From Octopus bimaculoides (Eukaryota), in contig NC_068990.1 in NCBI RefSeq assembly GCF_001194135.2, positions 5,420,856 through 5,471,010 on the forward strand: a DNA stretch of 50,155 bases, in the 5' to 3' direction. The notes below the pieces were generated by a model, which was given only the letters and a program-made list of their open reading frames with translations, made no database searches and was not told where the DNA came from. The position numbers and the translations under genes are program-made. This document shows, in pieces, positions 1 to 14,063 of this stretch (position 1 is its first letter; each line of letters starts with the position of its first letter).

Positions 1-599
1 GTTTCCGCACTGGCAAGGGAGCCCTGTAGTAACGCTGTGTGCATGCGTGGAATTCAACAACCAAGCGTTCCCGCTTCTATTCTCTCTCTTTCTTGCTGGC
101 CAGCGATTGAGCATGGACGTGTTTAGCTGTCTCTCTTCATCTTTCGAACTTACGCTCGACAGCTCGCTTACATCTACATAACAACGTCCCAACAACTATG
201 CTCACACACACAGAAGCTGTAACAACAAACAAGAGCTAAAGATGTATATATTTACCACCTGAATAAATGTTGTTTAAGTTGATAGTCTGGAGTTCAGCGT
301 TCCGTTATATTCTTAATTTTATATAGGAAAGTCAGGTATACATCTAATGATGTATAACCCACTTTCCTATAATAGTGACCAGGTCACTACGTATTGTAGA
401 CAGAACTGTTAATAGACGATAAGTAACTGTAATAGTGTGTGTGAGTTTTTAGATAGTTAAAAATAACATCTCCAGAATGTAATTTTTATATTTTTGTACG
501 TGTTGATCATGCGTATGCGTGGGACTGCGTAATCACGTGTGTGTGAGCGTGTGTACTTACATATGGCAATATCATACACACATACACACATATATATGT

Positions 600-1950
600 A
601 AACACTGCAAGCACGAGATTTCAAGTATGATCTCACAGCATGAGAGCCCCTGCTGTAATTCTTCGCACTTTGGTTACTGTTTGAAGTATACAACCAATGT
701 CATCTGTGCTTTATTGAATCTTGTCTCGCGAAACAGTCCATACTTTCAAGATATCTTGTCTATAATTCCTCTTTTTGCTTTACTGCTCCGCTCCCAGTAA
801 AAGCCAATCTTAATTTGTTAGTCAATGATTTCCGTAATTTTAAACGGCATTAAACATTTTTTGTCTGTTGTAGCTCTAAAATAAGGGTTTCAACATAATT
901 TCAGATGCACTGCTGTTCTAACTCCTGCTGTTATTCAATAGATAAACTCTTACCATGCGACTGTTAACTAATCCAAATCTTCCTCAAAGACATCAGAGGG
1001 AACTACTGATATTATTTCTTCATAAGATTCTGCGATGTCGTAGTGTGATTCTGGCTTTAGCATCTCCCAAACTCTATTTATGCAGTTCTCGCTTATTTTA
1101 TCCCTGACTGCTTCGATATTTTATCTTTAGGTTTCATGTGTGGTACTTCCTCCACCCCACCCCGAGTCCTGAATAGACAGTTCATCTTGTCCATCTGTTT
1201 GTTCAACAGGTTATTTTAAAATGCAACAAATGTTGAAGGCCTTGCTATTGGACATTACACTCCGAATCATGGGGTTGAATAAGGCTGTGGTGTTTGACAG
1301 TAGATAAATCACTTCGACACGCATGCTGGTCTGAAGGGTATCAGGGTAGAAAGATTGTCTTGAGTCACCACCAATGCCTTAGGCTCAAGTAATGTCCTTC
1401 ATAATATTTTTTTACCTCTGGTCAAAGATATGGCGTAAACCAACGCATAAAAATTTTGTCACCCAGGCCTTCTTGTTTGATTTCAAGATCACAGACAGTT
1501 TTGATATTCTTTTCATTAATCGTGGTGTTTTTGAATAATAAATGAGCACTGATTTCAGATTGAAGTTTACTGAAATACTACTGCCAATTAATAATGTTAA
1601 ACTTTTTTGTGTGTATGTAGTTTTAAACCCTAAAACATTGAATTGATGACAACAGTTTCTAGCTAGATGGATTGGATTAGTAAGGGGAAAATCTCTTCGG
1701 CACGTCATTGAATTGTTAATGGCATAAGATAGTTTGCTGTCACCTCGATGACTTATCTCTCTGGGATACAAATAAGTATAGACACATAAGATAAACACTA
1801 ACTAAAGCAGTTGTTTAGAAGCTTACATATACTTGCCCCGACTAAAATGTAGTAAAATTTTTCTCTTACCTTTATTATCAAGAAGACAAGACATTGTTTA
1901 TATTCCATGTAGTTCTTTCTTCAACATGGTGTTGGACAATTTTCTAAATA
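600..1950 (-). mobile_element. Decayed pogo/Tigger (Tc1/mariner superfamily) DNA transposon, transposase pseudogene
   Basis: Minus-strand translation across frameshifts gives Tigger-type DDE motifs: GFKTTYTQKSLTLLIG...LKSVLIYYSKTPRLMKRISKLSVILKSNKKAWVT (ORF 1412-1798), then IFMRWFTPYL*PEVKKY, a DN motif, MRVEVIYLLSNTTALFNPM (family LPPNTTSLIQPMD), and ENCINRVWEMLKP...EDLD. Many stops. No TIRs established; ends approximate. Confidence 0.8.
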
Positions 1951-2619
1951 TTTAATTCATAATAATTTTCTTAAATATTGCTATCTTTCCCCCTCTTTTT
2001 CAATCCTCACATGCTACTCACATGGGAAACCCTGGTTTGTCACTTTGTTTGAACATCCAAGCTTATGTTGTTGGCAATGAATCTTAAGAATGTACATAGG
2101 TATATACAAACATAATTTTCTCCTGCGATATAATGCTTCTAAACATAAAAATACACAGAATTCACGTTTTTCAAGTGATAAATATGTTTTTTAGAGGCGT
2201 GATACTCAGTAAAACATTAGAAAACCATCAGGTGTTTTTAAAACGAATATTGCAATAGAAAAATATATTATTTTCACTCCGATTTTGTTTGGGAATACCT
2301 TTGAAGATTTAATTGATCAGTTCACAAAGAAAAATAGCAACAACAGCTAATCCAACGACATCATCATCATCATCGTCAACGTCGTCACCACCACCAACAA
2401 CATCACCGACAGCAACAAGAAAAACAAAATACAAGATATTTGAAATACTTTGAATCACAACCGAAAATATTTCGGTGATTAATCTAAAGAAATCTCAACA
2501 TGATCGTCAGTCCTGCTAGACACAGCAGTCAATTTTCCTCCCAATGACAAATTATCTTTGTTACGATAGGGAGCACTGAAATATGTTTGAGATATTTGAT
2601 AAAAAAAAAGAATTATATT

Positions 2620-2880
2620 TTTGTAAACAAACAACGTTATCATTACTACGAACGACAAAGACCAAGATAGTTCGAAACTTATTGTTCTTTGACTAGGTAC
2701 CATAGTAGTCACAGTCGTAGTGTTAGCCGGTCCTTGTGTGTTGTCGTTGCCGTCCGTTCATTGTTTTTGCATTGTGATAGCGCTCCAGCTAGCTGCTGAT
2801 TTTGCTACTGTCTTCTGGCTGCCATCTTCTGTATCCGGTCTGATGTCCAGCGTCTGTCGGTAGTGGCTAAAATGCACCGA
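2620..2880. promoter_or_regulatory. CpG-rich island-like segment, possible promoter or first exon
   Basis: Locally dense CpG just left of the CpG-depleted domain. Contains GCTGCCATCTT (YY1-like) and TCCGGT. Direction unknown. Confidence 0.3.
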
Positions 2881-2989
2881 ATATATAGTTCTGTTCTTGC
2901 TCAGATGAAATTGTTGTTAGAACTGGATTTGGTAGAAGAAAACTGTCATATATATCTATATATATGCATGTGTGACTTTGTGTCTGTAT

Positions 2990-3181
2990 TCGTCCCCCAG
3001 CACACTGCTTCACAACTGGTGTTCATGTGTTTAAGTCCCCATAACTTAGCAGTTTGGCAAAAGAGACCAACAGAATAAGAACCAGGCTGAACAGGGGAAA
3101 AAATATGTACTGGGGTCGATTCAACTAAAACTTCTTCAAGGCAGTGCTCCAGCATGGCCGCAGTCTAAGACTAAAACAAGG
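2990..3181 (+). mobile_element. SINE family B (CORE-like tRNA SINE), 3' half
   Basis: Matches the tail of the full copies at 23927-24347 and 43867-44236 (...ggggtcgat...gtgctccagcatggccgcagtc...aaacaag). Confidence 0.8.
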
Positions 3182-4664
3182 AAAAAAAAGCTGATAAAAC
3201 AATAGTCTCTTAGCAAGTGACTTTTGCAGCTTCTTTTGTCAGCTGATAGCAGAGGTTCTTAGCATCCAGGGGTAAAAATAAGTTTTAGCTCCCTCATCTT
3301 AATTAACAGGCATTGATTGGTCATGGGAAATTTTGCACTTGCGGGCTAGTTCTCCTTCCCTCATTTTCAACTTTCATCAAAGAAAACTTAGGATCTCAAG
3401 ATAAGATTTGATGACACAGAACTGACCTGGCTAACAAATGCTAGAATGTTTTGTTGTTGTTGATGATGCTGCTGATGATGATAATGATATTTGAGTTTTA
3501 CAATGGTTGCAAATGCACAAGTGATTGAAGTCTGAGATACAGGTTTAATTCCTGGCTGAGAGCCATTTCATTCCACTACATGGCTGTAGTCAATAGGCTG
3601 ACAAGAAAGGTGTGGGGCTCTGCCAAATTGACTAACTCTGCAATACATTACATGAAAACTAAATCTAAGCTGGTGGCCAAATATCACATTAAAAATTATG
3701 AGTATTTTCATCTATTCATTTATATATTTAAGTATATATTAAATGAGATACATATAACTGTTAAATGTTGTGGGAAATAAAATATCACTTTGCTTATATT
3801 TAGCTCAATTGCAATGTTTATTTTTTCCATATATAGTTCTCCTACTGTGTTTATTTAATTTACATTCACTTGGAATATAGACTGGGAATATGCTACTTTT
3901 ATGATATTAAATGTATTAGTGTTCTTTATTTTCACATTAAACGTATAGTAACTTGTAAGGCTTGGATACAGAAAGGTGAAGCATTTCACTATATGCCACA
4001 AGGCATATTATTATTTATCCTTAAAGCTGGTTAATGAATAGACTGGATGTTATTAACTGTTGTCTATTCATGATTAATTAATAGAAACTTTAAAAGTAAA
4101 CAACTTTTGAAAACATTCGAAAGCATAAGACTGAATTTGTTTGAAAAGAATAATGTGTTTTTGTTTTTCGATGTCACACAAGGCCAAACTATTGTAGAAC
4201 AGGGTTAGAGGTTATTTATTTAACTCGAGTTTATATCTGATATATATTTATTGATTCTGGAGGAATGAAGTACAGACATCACTTCTGTGAAATTAGTGTC
4301 CAACTATTTCAATCATGGTGTGTTATTTTGGATGAGAAAGGGTTGATTGTAAGGGTCTTAGGAAATCAGAATACTTGATAAGCTTATCGAAAGTAATAGC
4401 TGATGTTATAGTGTTTACCTATATTTTTCAGTGATAAAGCAAATTGTAAAGAAAGACTCTAATGGAAGCTGGTGAAAATATATAAATGATGCTTATGAGT
4501 TTCAGTAATTTTATATGTAAGCTTATATGTCATGTGAAGAAAGGTATCTGATGTTTTGGGGCTGACCCTTCATGTGAGAGGAAGAGAGAAAGAGAAATGT
4601 TTTTCAAAAAACAAAGAGCCCTGAATTGTTAGATTCCATTTCTCCCAATAGCATACAAATCTAT

Positions 4665-4775
4665 GTGAAAGTGTATTGCCTGATCGAGAGGATATTTGAC
4701 GTCTCTCAATCATGGGTTCAATTCCTGGACAGAGTAAGGCACTTTGTTTCACATTGCTCCAGTCTACACAGCTTT
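4665..4775 (+). mobile_element. Degenerate tRNA-derived SINE (family C, MIR/CORE-like)
   Basis: B-box-like gggttcaattcc followed by ggcactttgtttcacattgctccagtc. Similar pieces at ~18030-18200 and ~45345-45450. Confidence 0.5.
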
Positions 4776-5339
4776 ATTGAGTTCCACCCTAGTGCTGGTG
4801 CAGCTTGCTCTTCCTCCAGCTGTTAAATCCTGGATGTTCCACTTTACATTGTAGCGAGTGACAGCTGACTGTAGAAACCAATCCAAATTCAGGATCAAAT
4901 ACATCTTTGTTGGTTTTTTTTTTTTTTTTTTTTTTTTNNNNNNNNNNTTTTGCTTTTTTTTTTTTTTTTGAAGTTCCTGTGAATAGTAGTTGTCATACCT
5001 TTGCTACAACTAAACACAAATTGACCATGAAGTAGTACAACATTATCAGTCCAATAAACCAAGACATGAAAATATAATTATCTTTTACTATTTAAAATAT
5101 GAAATATAAGCTTCTTCATAATGTGAATATTATCAATACCACATATTTAACATCTGTTGTATAAATGCCAGAAGATGCAGGCTTTTGTCTAGGAAAAGTC
5201 CCATTAAAGAAGCGTAGTGTTAGAAAACACAATATACTTTAGATCTACGTGAAACAAAATCACCCGAGAAGTGATCAGGAAAGTGATAGATACCCTATTT
5301 TACCATTGTTGCAGTTTACTATTTTTATTATCATGACCA

Positions 5340-5745
5340 CTTAAAGTGGATGAAGCTTGTGGAAGAAGGCAGGAAGACATGAAATGAAATATGGAAGGCC
5401 GATCTCAAGACACTGAGCCTTATGAAGGAGATGACTAAGGACTAAGATAACTGGTGCATTGCTGTACTCAAGAAGACTTGTCTACCACAGCAGAATTGAT
5501 GCTGCTGCTGGTGCCACATAAAAGGTACTCATTCTGCTGCCATGTTAAGAGAGCACTGGTGCTGGTGCCACATAAAAAACAACCAGTACATTCTGTGGAG
5601 TAGCTTGCATTAGGAAGGGTATCCAGTCATAGAAACCATGTCAGAACTGACAATGGAACCTGGTGCAACCATGGCCTTACCAGTTCCGGTCAAGCCGTCT
5701 AACCAATGCCAGTATGGAAAACAGACTTCAAATGATGATGATGAT
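5340..5745 (+). mobile_element. RTE-clade LINE 3' end (C-terminal ORF relic, 3' UTR and (TGA)n tail)
   Basis: Translation KVDEACGR..RKT*NEIWKADLKTLSLMKEMTKD*DNW resembles the RTE C-terminus RGRPRKTW..D...DR..W. Followed by taggaagggtatccag...ccaatgccagtatggaaaacagac and a tgatgatgatga tail. Confidence 0.7.
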
Positions 5746-6654
5746 TGCTGTGCCACTTAAGTTGGGAGTCATTTGATTCTCTTGAAGCACAATCCTAGTA
5801 ATATCAACTATTATTACACTTTGGACCTTTCTTTAATTGAAATTTGGTCTCATGTGGTAAAAACAACAGTTGTTTCGTTGCCAGAATATGAAAATGGTAT
5901 TACAATTGAGAGTCGTCAATAGATTGGAGTAATCAGGGAAAAGTAAATAATTGAATAAAATCACTAGAATTTTAGAACATATTGGCCTGTATTGACAGGA
6001 GACATACTGGAAAAGAAAAATTTATTTTGTGAGAGTACTGGAGAGAAATAACTAATACTTCAGATAAACAAAGAGAAGTAGGGTTTGAAACAATACCTGA
6101 TATAATTTTTCTCCTTATACCAATACCATAATTCTGTGTTTTTCTGACACAGGCAATGATTTTATAAATTTGGTACAAGCAACTGAGGCAGTATTTAGTT
6201 AAAATAGACATCCATGTACCATACTTAATACATACACATTGTTATGGGCAAGTTGCTGCAGTATTTGTCTTGAGGTAACATCTCATATGGATTGTGTTAA
6301 AAGCACAATAAATATCCAGTGAGACAAAAATTTGTCCCACCAATAACAAGCGAGAACACCAGATTCGTGACAATGTGTATACATTGAGTATGATACATAG
6401 GTGATTATTTTAATTAAATATTGCTTGAATTGCACATGCCAAATTTTAAATCAGCCAAGCAATTATTTGCAATATCAGTGGATGTTTTATTCAGTTTTTC
6501 CTCTACAAGAAATGATGAATTCCCATTAGAGCATGTGGCTGGCTGCAAGTAGGTATCATTGATAAAGCCCAAAAAGTGTATCTGACATGCTTGTTAGCCA
6601 CTGCTTGGGCAAATCTTCATCTCTCTCTGGTATATATTGATTTCACATTTTGGC

Positions 6655-6846
6655 ACTAGGCTAGCAATTCTAGGGGTAAGTCGATTACATCAACCCCAGT
6701 ATCCAACTGGTACTTATTTTATTGACCTCCAAAGGGTGAAAGGCAAAGTTGACCTCGACAGAATTTGACCCCAGAACATAAAAACGGATGAAATGTCAAT
6801 AAGCATTTTTGCCACCGTGCTAATGATTCTGCCAGCTTGTCACCTT
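6655..6846 (-). mobile_element. SINE family A (tRNA-derived)
   Basis: Reverse complement of the head ggc(g)agctggcagaatc(g)ttagc and the body gt(c)gactttgcctttcatcc...aataagtaccag. Confidence 0.8.
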
Positions 6847-8580
6847 CTCTCTGATATGTATTGTGGTTTTAGCACAGCAAGCCCATAACAGATGTTATCT
6901 CAGAACAAATACTGGAGTAACTGGCCTTTTAACAATGTATATACATGAAGCAGAGTGCATAGATGGCTTTTTCAATGTTTCTAATTTTTCATGACCAGAA
7001 ATACTGACTAAAAGCTGTTGTCAGTATTTGAACTCAAAACATATTCTTCTAATAGTACAATAGCTTACACATTCACCACAGTGCTTCATATAAAATATGT
7101 ATTAGTCATTGTTTCATTTGATCTATAATTACAGAACAGGAAGAGATAAAATGCACATTCGATGGACAACTTTTCACTATATGCTAATTAAATCTCCAGG
7201 CAAATTTTAAGTAATTATATGTTTCCAGAATATCTTACTGCAAATCCTTTGATTAAAGATTAATTGCTGATTAAAGATACCTTATAAAATTTCTTAATAT
7301 CACTTAGGCTATTTGCCACCTTTGACCAAATAAAAAAAAAATCAATTTATGACACAACAAGATCAACAGCTTCAATTAGTTACAGCATGCTTTATATTAA
7401 GCCAATCCTTTCTGAATAACAAGAAACCATTATATTTGCATTGAACTGAATTTATACCGAAATAAATTTTACAAGTATCTCTCTGCTTAGTATTAAACAC
7501 TCTCTTCTTTATTTATATGAATAAGGCTAATATGCATCATATTGGTTGGTTAAGATGTTCTACATCTTAAACTTTTAATGCTTCCTTCATATCTTAGAGG
7601 CATAAACCAAATTATTAGAATTCTTTACTATGAATATAGCACAAGTTAAATAAAAAATCTAGCATTTAGCAAGTAATGAAACAAAAGTAAATTTAGTTCA
7701 AAGAAGCACACACGTAAATGATCTGAAGTACAAGTAAATTAGACGTGATTACATAACACCAAGAATACATAAAGGCATAAAAATGCCAACATCAAAGGAA
7801 GAACAGTCTAACCAAAATATACCTTGAAATAGAACAACATCCAGAAAGAGCAAAATGCAGATCAACTAGATAGAATATAGAAGCATTAATTGCATATAAC
7901 AACAAATATTATTTGTAACAATTGCGAAAACTTGCACTTACAGAAGTAAGAAAGGTATATATCTTCATTTAATTTCCAATAACATATATTCTTTTCTATG
8001 TATAGTGTGCTCTTTGATTTTGCTCACAAACAGTAACATATATCTGCATATATGTGTATATGAAAGTGTGTGTATGTATGCGTATGCATGTATTCATGTA
8101 AGATCGTTTTTTAAGTAGAATATTTAACTATTAATATTACTTGGATGCTATTCTACATGTTATTCTGGCATAGGAAAATCAATGTAAGAAGATGTTCTGG
8201 TCTTGGATTCTCAGCTCATTGAATATGGAAATCAAAAGTGATGCAGCCATTTACAACAGTCTCCTGAAAATGATTGCTAAAGATCAATTTCCATAAAGAA
8301 TTGATTAGTTGAATTCTATAAAGAATTTGTTAATAAATGCCAAAATTCCATTTGGTGGATGTAATTGATCATGGAAACAACAAAATAGCAGAGGCAGGGT
8401 ATTTCAAAATAACCAAATGTTTTGGTGCCATTCAGAACATAATAGAAATCATGATTCAGATAATATCACCATTACCATGTTGCATGTACACCCCACCACA
8501 TAAGAATATGCACATGTATGCACACACATGTATATATGTGCACATACACACAAATATATATATATGTGTGTGTGTGTGTG

Positions 8581-9252
8581 GAAACTGGGGATTGACGAAT
8601 GGTTAATAAGGGCTGTACAGGCCCTATACAGAGAGGCCGTTAGTAAAGTTAGCATTGACAATGAGTATAGTGAAGAATTTTGGGTAGAAGTAGGGGTCCA
8701 CCAAGGTTCAGCCCTCAGTCCCCTTTTATTCATCATAGTCCTCCAGGCAATAACAGACGAATTCAAGACGGGTTGCCCCTGGGCGCTCCTCTTTGCTGAT
8801 GACCTGGCCCTCATAGCAGAATCACTACCAGAACTAGAGAAAAAATTTCAGATGTGGAAGCAAGGTTTAGAATCAAAAGGCCTTAGAGTCAATGTAGCAA
8901 AGACCAAAATTCTAGTAAGTAGGAAGGCAAACACATCACCCCCCCCCCTCAGGTAGGTGGCCCTACTTGATCTGTAGACAATGTGTGGGTAGAAACTCCA
9001 TAAGATGTACCCAGTATAAGCTATGGACACATAAGAGGTGCAGCAACATCAAAGGAAGATAGCTTTTGTGTGCAGCAGATGCACAGGGGCAATAAACACC
9101 ACAGATGCTCAGAAAACAGATTCCATCACACTCCAGGGGGAGAAACTAGAAGTAGTTGATAGCTTCCGCTACCTAGGTGACCAAGTTAGTAGTGAGGGTA
9201 GATCCTCACAGAGTGTTACCACTAGAATAAGAATATCCTGGGCAAAGTTTAG
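8581..9252 (+). mobile_element. RTE-clade LINE reverse-transcriptase fragment, truncated at both ends
   Basis: GVHQGSALSPLLF, LLFADDLAL, GLRVNVAKTK, then after frameshifts a Cys/His segment and LEVVDSFRYLGD...RIRISWAKFR. Confidence 0.92.
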
Positions 9253-11128
9253 AAACAAATACGCCAAGGCACTCTAACAACTCTACTAATTCACCATCTA
9301 GTAACAGTTCAATTATAGATTGCTCAAACAGGACTGACCTGTTGTTGAACAACAGTGAGAGGAATATGTCTGATATTATTTTGTAGACCATTGGTAAATT
9401 TAATGGCAAAATTACTTTCATGAACTCAGATTTCAACTCAGTATGTAAAGAATGAAATATAAGTTATATAAGATGGTCTGCCATTTTTCTTATTTTCGAT
9501 TCAGACATTTAACTTGTTTCCCTTTGATAAATAATTCACATATGCATTTTTCCATTCTCTCATCTGACTGTTTACACTCAATTTTCCTGCAGTTATATGT
9601 TTTCTTAAAGAAATACAGATATAACCAGCTTCATGTATCCAGAAGATTTTTATAGTTACTGAGACCACTAAGTTCACACTGGCGCTTCTTGCAATATTTG
9701 CCTGACAACAAATATACTTCTGGGAAATTAAATTGTGTAAATGTTCTACAGAACATATGGAATAAATTCATATAAAAGTTTTTATTTTGCCTTTCAGTGC
9801 TAAAGATCCCTGATCGTTAATTTCATTCTGTCTTATTCAATGTGTTATATTTCTTCTGTCATCTGGTGGTTTGTGGAAATAAGACTTAGAATTTCTGTTT
9901 TTTCCATTTATCAAATAAGAAAAAAAAAAAGCTTGTTTATTTCACACAGGATTCTGAATAAACACAAAATTTCAATTAAGACAGTTTGCTTTATGGTTTG
10001 TTATTGCCAAAGATTTAATCTTATGTATACTATGACAAAGAAGAAAAAACAAATTTGAAAGAAAATGTATGAAGGAAAGATGTTATAACATAATTTTCCT
10101 GAAATATTATAAACCACAGAAAACTATATTTTGTATATTGCTGAGAAACAAAAACGACAACAAAATCAACACCGAAAAAAGTTAGCTTTCACCACATCCA
10201 GATTATTGCTTTGAGTTTATTAGTTCTGAATCCTAGTGGTGATGTTTATGAATTTCCCAAAGTTATTAATAAAGAAATTACAGTGAAATAACTTCAATAG
10301 ACAATCAAAATGGATTCAGTTGGTTGCTGTGAGCTTATTTTTTACAGTAGAGTATGCAACTCATGTATGTATGTGTGTGTGTGTGTATATATATATCATT
10401 TGACTCATACAAAATGATATTGCTTGGCCTGTAGCAATTCTACTAAGCATACATTACTTATATTAATTGGGAAATATATCAAATTCCCAATTTCCATCTC
10501 TTCCATCACCTAGAATTCTGAAATCATTATTTTCTAAATTATTATTTCCACCAGCCATAACTAGTAATCTAAAGGAAATAAGATATGAGAATCTAATATG
10601 GAAGTGGGGAAAGATGAATTAATAGTTTCCTAAATCACCAATGTAAGAATCAACACATTAGCATCATATTCTCTCACAAATGCTGCCATAGTATCTGTGA
10701 ATGAGACATTTAACTCACAAAGGTTGTATGCTAAGTAGATACAACAGTTTATGCAGTTCACATCTATAGCAATGACACCATTAGCTTTCAACATTCTGCT
10801 GTCTTTTTTTTCTCACATCTGCTTAATGTTATAAAAAAACTAGGAGTTAGCATCAATTCACAAAGTCCTAATTCAGAGAGGATTTAATTAGCCAGTAACA
10901 GTATACAGGTACAAATTATTAGGGAAGATGTGATTCCACCATATCACATTTTGTCAAAGACCATGTTGTAGTTAGTGTGACAAAAATTTTGACATTAAAT
11001 GATTATTAGTAAACATTGAAGAAAACCACTTCATATTATTTAACCGAGACAGTGGTATATGCTTATGTTTATCATTGTTGTTGAGTAGCTTTAATCTTCT
11101 TGTTTATAATTAGTAAGTATATTAATGT

Positions 11129-11338
11129 TGTGAACTGGCAGGCTCATTAGCAAGCCAGATAAAATGCTTAGTGGTATTTGTTTTGGCTTTACATTCTAAG
11201 TTCAAATTCTGCTGAGGTCACCTTTGTCTTTCATCCTTTCAGGGTTTATAAAATAAGTACCTGTTAAACACTGGGATCGATGTAATCAACTATACCATTC
11301 CCCCAAAATCTGGGCCTTGTGCCTATATAGAAAGAATT
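11129..11338 (+). mobile_element. SINE family A
   Basis: actggcaggctcattagc...gagttcaaattc-type B box...tttcatcctttcaggg...aataagtacc...gggccttgtgcct. CpGs mostly decayed. Confidence 0.8.
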
Positions 11339-14063
11339 CAGTAAGTATACAATACTAACTAATTGCAACAAAACATTTGATCAATTTTTTGCTGTACCTT
11401 GGCAAATTGTACTGGTGATGTTTCAAAGTATATGTACACCATGAGTTTCTAGTCCCATTAAAATTAGCTTTAAGGCCAGAATATTTTATGGCTTAGACAG
11501 TAAAGCATAAGCAAGATCCATAACATTTTTGCAGCACTTTCAAGATAGGCAGGGGATAGGAAGAAACCAGAGATCTAGTTGAAAAACATGCAACAAAGTC
11601 GGCTTGATTCAAGTAGCTAACCCTTGAATGTCTTGAGTGGAGCCTATTCTTTTGTAAGAACAATCCATCTAATGGTCTTCTGTACAGTTTCTGTCAATCA
11701 TATTTCACTCATAAGACAGACTAACTTGAGGCTATGGTTGAAGACATTAGTCCGAAGTAACATGCAGTAGGATTGAACCCAAACTCATATGAGTATAAAA
11801 CAAACTTCTTCACAACATAACTATGCTTGTGGCCATAACAATGATTAATATGTTATTAAGTACTCATCTTGCAGTGAATGATAGATGCCACACATCAAGA
11901 AAGAGAAGTTCTTGGTGGTTCATATCAACAAGTAGCTTAATTCCCATGTGAGGCTCTCTTACTTTATACATAAAGAGGCTGACTGTCAAAGTAATTAGTT
12001 TTAGATAAATTGCTTTTCAATAATTGCTCTAAACTTCTGTGCTCCAAATTTAAATCCCATCAAGGTTAATTTAGCCTTTTATTCTTTTCAGGGTTGATAA
12101 ATAAAGTAGTGTACTGGGGACATTTATTTCAGTCTCTCATTCTACATTTCTGTCTATGTCTGTTTGTCTTTCTGTCTCTCTCCTTTGAATAAATTGGCCT
12201 GGAGAGAGATGGACTCTGCCATATGTCTTGGGGTCTGCTCAGCCCAAGACAAACCATACCTCATAACAGTGATCCTAAGGTTCCATCAAGGAGCTGAGAA
12301 ACCAAGGCAAGATAAGGTACTTTAATGGATCTAATAACGTCTGAAAGACATAAGCCTCACATCACTCAATTCCTACTCTATTCAGTATCCTGATGGCTTT
12401 GTATGTCTAAAAGAGAAATTATTGATTGTTAATTGAGGAGGTGTATTAAAGTTAAATAGCTTCCAGTTTTGTTAATTCAGTAGCTATATTAAAGTGAAAT
12501 ATGATTTGAATTTATATTTTAATGCAAAAATAATATAATGATTTTGAGGTCATGCTTTTAGAATGGTGACCATGTTAAAAAAACCTAAACCTTATAGCAA
12601 TCATTTCAATGTGCATCTCAGTTAGTTACATAGCTCAGCTTGTTTAATTGGAATGTCATTCAGATTTCATTTCCTAGTTATATAGTTAACAGTAGGAAAG
12701 ACATCCAAACATAAAAGAAATATTCTAACAAATGCCATGTCACAAAAAAGTGGTTAAAGAAAGGAAAACAATCAGTGCATACATACCTCAAGGTTTTGAG
12801 TTCAAATTTTATTGAATTCCTTTAATAGTTAAAGCAATAACTACCTGTAGTATACTGAGATAAATAAGATTGATTACAATCCTTCAAGTATTGTTCTAAA
12901 GAGGGGAACTTATTACATATTTAATTCTGTATTTATTTAATAATTTTGGACTATCATAATAGTTATTGATTTATCCAAATTGTATGAGTATGTATGTGTG
13001 AGTGTATATTTGTGTGTTTGTGTATATGGGTGTGTCTCATTTCTTTAGTTAGATATTTTTCAGTTTTCAACTTTTCCATTGTTTATATTTGATTTGTTGG
13101 AATCATCATCATCATTATCATCATTTTATTCATTTCCACCACTTCAAGAAACTGTTTATCAAATGGTAAAATAAATCTTTAATGGGGATCAGCAACATTG
13201 AATGTTGAAAGAAAGGAGTAAAAGGAATAAAGAAATAAATAAAACATATAACAATGAATAAGAATTTTTTTTTAAATACAAGTATAAATCCAATTCAGTG
13301 AAAACATTTAGCAATAGCAACAGGAAATAATGTTATTCAATATTCATATTACCACTGTAGTTGCAATCAATACACAGGATGAAGATGAAAAAGAATAATG
13401 TATACTGGTAATATGCAATCTTTGACAGTAACGAAAACTAAGAATAATGGTAACTGTTTGCTTTTGTTTTATTGTTTCTGTGTTTTTTCTTTTTGCTTTT
13501 TTACTTTCATGATGTGTAGAACATTAGAGATTTGTTAATGTAACACAGAAAAGAATGTCAGCATTCATAGAGAGCATGATTTTTTTTTTTTTGTGTCTAA
13601 TATTTTTAATACTTAAAATATTTCATTCTTCACAGTTAGTTACATATTGATTTTATTTTATTTCATTTTATTTTATTCAATTCTATTTCGTTTTATTATT
13701 CTTTTTATAAGTCTATTTTTCATTGATTTCCAAAAAAAGCAATGCCATCATCATATGGTTACAGTTATGGCTGAAAAGAGTTCACTGCAGAAACAAGTAA
13801 CACTTTTAAAATCCATTGTGTCTTAGTAACTCTTCCTGAACAGTATGTTCTCATGTCATTTATCTTTCTTAGTCATATTGGCCATCATATTACTAAAGAC
13901 ATGTTATTGTAATAACTGTGTTTGCACTGTTTGTTATATTTTTATAATTGTATGGCTTGTACATTACACTATGTTATTGCTGTTGTATGAACATTACATT
14001 GTTTATTGTAGAAACATTTTTGTAGCAAACGAAATAACTTACAGTATATATACACTTACCAAG

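Noticed and set aside
26-342. Possible solo LTR (tgtagt...aataaa...tataca)
   Set aside because: TG..CA ends and an AATAAA are present, but the flanks (agccc vs tctaa) give no target-site duplication and there is no second copy or internal domain.
6250-6400. Minus-strand FVSLDIYCAFNTIPYEML, similar to the RT motif LDLxKAFDxVPH
   Set aside because: A single weak motif with no supporting neighbours.
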